In this document: positions 62,197 to 64,000 of the stretch, one piece after another | Layout: every line of letters begins with the position of its first letter | Position numbering within the stretch: position 1 is the first letter of the stretch | Source of the DNA: Antedon mediterranea | Taxonomy: Eukaryota > Animalia > Echinodermata | Assembly: GCF_964355755.1 (NCBI RefSeq) | Contig: NC_092673.1 | Coordinates: 14,852,948-14,916,947, forward strand | Length of the DNA stretch: 64,000 bases | Reading direction: 5' to 3' | Program-made: the position numbers and the translations under genes | Notes under the pieces: generated by a model | Databases searched by the model: none | The model's input: only the letters and a program-made list of their open reading frames with translations | What the model was told of the DNA's origin: nothing

Positions 62197-64000
62197 CTAG
62201 ACATGTAACTCGTCACTTTGACGAGTTTGGTTATCCGCCGCGCAAGTGGTGCAACATTAACATTAAGGGGATAGGTTGAGGACAAAAGGAAGTGTTCACG
62301 TTGGCATTATGACCTGAACTGAAGAATATGATATGTTGTTATTGCTGAATTTTATTATTTAAATTCATATATAGTATACACAGTCTAATCTGTATCCATA
62401 TCACATACAGTGTAGAATAGGTGAAATTACGGGACCCGCTATTTATTGCAATTTTTAACATGTTGACGGTTTTAAAATGAAACGCGAAGGTAGCAATTCT
62501 GAAAGTAAATTATCTCAGCAACAACGTATTAGCGTGTAGAAGAAATTTGAATACGTGAAATATTGATGCGCGCTCTTTTAAATGTAATGAATTATGACGC
62601 AAAAGATGAAAATACGACCTTTTTTATTTAACTGGCCATATGATGACGTCACAACATCCGATTGGCAACATTTTAACATAATTTCGTATCTACAATCCAA
62701 TAGCTTCCAGAAAAAGTTTTAATCGTGATTATCACATTTTATTCTTACGAGCTATAACAGATTAAAATTTACTGTAAAGATGAAATTGATGCCACACGTG
62801 ATTTCAATTTTTAGGCATGATGACGTCATAAAAATTAAAATATTTTTCACTCATGCGAAAGATAGTTGATTGACCTAGACAATATCAAAATCGGGGTGAA
62901 AATGGAAAACGGATAAGTGGAGATGCGCTCTATTCAATGTGATGAGCTATGACGAAAGATACAAAAATCCTAAATTTTATATTCGCGTGGCCATACGATG
63001 ACGTCACAATGTCCGGTTAGCCATATTAATACCTGATCCGATATCTACAACTCATCTACTTCCAGAATATGCCATCCACAAAAAGTTGACCGTTTAGTTT
63101 AGAAATTACGACTGTTTAAAAAAAGGCATATTTTAAACGAATTTTTTAACCTTTTCATAAAAAACGCGCGCAAATTGTCCAATTCGACGTGCTCGTATGA
63201 CGTATCTTTAAGTCGAAATTGTTAAAAATTTGGTAAAATTACATGAAAAGGCTGGAAAAACATAAATCACGCGAAAAAAATACGTTTTCAATGCTACGTG
63301 CGCACCGCACACGTAAAAATGTGCGCACGCGTGGGAATTTTTTACATGCTTAAAACGACATGAAACGCGTAGAAAGTTGATTATAAATTAGTTTCGCGCA
63401 TTTTGAAATTTTAAATGCACGTGCGCGCGTAACTTTGTGTAAAACACGCAATTTTTTTTCAACAGAAAGTTAGCGCATGATATAAATTAAACTTTTGCAA
63501 AGTTTCAAGTTGAAATGTTATTTGGTTTTCGACATATGTTAAATACGAGAAAATCGTTAAATCGCGCGTACGTCACGTTGCGCAATTGTAAACATCATGA
63601 AAAGCTTCGCTTGACGACGTTACATAAATGTCAAAATGTTAACATAGTTAACAAAATGTTATGTTTGCAAGTTTCAGAGAAAAGCGTTACACAAAAATCA
63701 TACAGAAAGAAAGAAGAACTAGACATGTAACTCGTCACTTTGACGAGTTTGGTTATCCGCCGCGCAAGTGGTGCAACATTAACATTAAGGGGATAGGTTG
63801 AGGACAAAAGGAAGTGTTCACGTTGGCATTATGACCTGAACTGAAGAATATGATCTGTTGTTATTGCTGAATTTTATTATTTAAATTCATATATAGTATA
63901 CACAGTATAATCTGTATCCATATCACATACAGTGTAGAATAGGTGAAATTACGGGACCCGCTATTTATTGCAATTTTTAACATGTTGACGGTTTTAAAAT
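62197..64000 (-). mobile_element. Tandem non-autonomous Helitron (1522-bp unit) inserted in a tRNA spacer
   Basis: CTAG followed by hairpin AACTCGTCA-CTT-TGACGAGTT at 62197 and again at 63719; second unit is near-identical and runs off the window. Confidence 0.72.

Overview
AT-rich eukaryotic (animal, probably invertebrate; inference) DNA made up almost entirely of mobile sequence. (1) 1-8.2 kb: a GC-rich, gene-dense block of minus-strand, largely intronless ORFs with AT-rich spacers. It includes a herpesvirus-type capsid maturation protease (assemblin) joined to a helical scaffold-like region by a 1-nt frameshift, an F-box/LRR-like protein, a 1068-aa C2H2+RING-H2 protein and a membrane protein. 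I read it as part of an endogenous herpes-like (Duplodnaviria) virus that continues off the left edge; this is the most interesting signal. (2) 11.8-19.8 kb: an intact 8-exon SAMD3-like gene with MITEs in its introns. (3) 23.2-28.5 kb: a degenerate Copia LTR element with a MULE-like MITE in its 5' LTR and a P-like MITE nested in that. (4) 28.6-55.2 kb: a Ginger1-like DNA transposon (TGT..ACA TIRs; spliced integrase + OTU gene) enlarged to 26.5 kb by L1/Tx1, L2, CR1-group and hAT insertions. (5) A LINE/EnSpm chimera, a 17-copy tRNA-Ala array mixing AGC/CGC/TGC anticodons, and a tandem non-autonomous Helitron at the right edge. All family calls come from motif recognition by eye; no searches were run.
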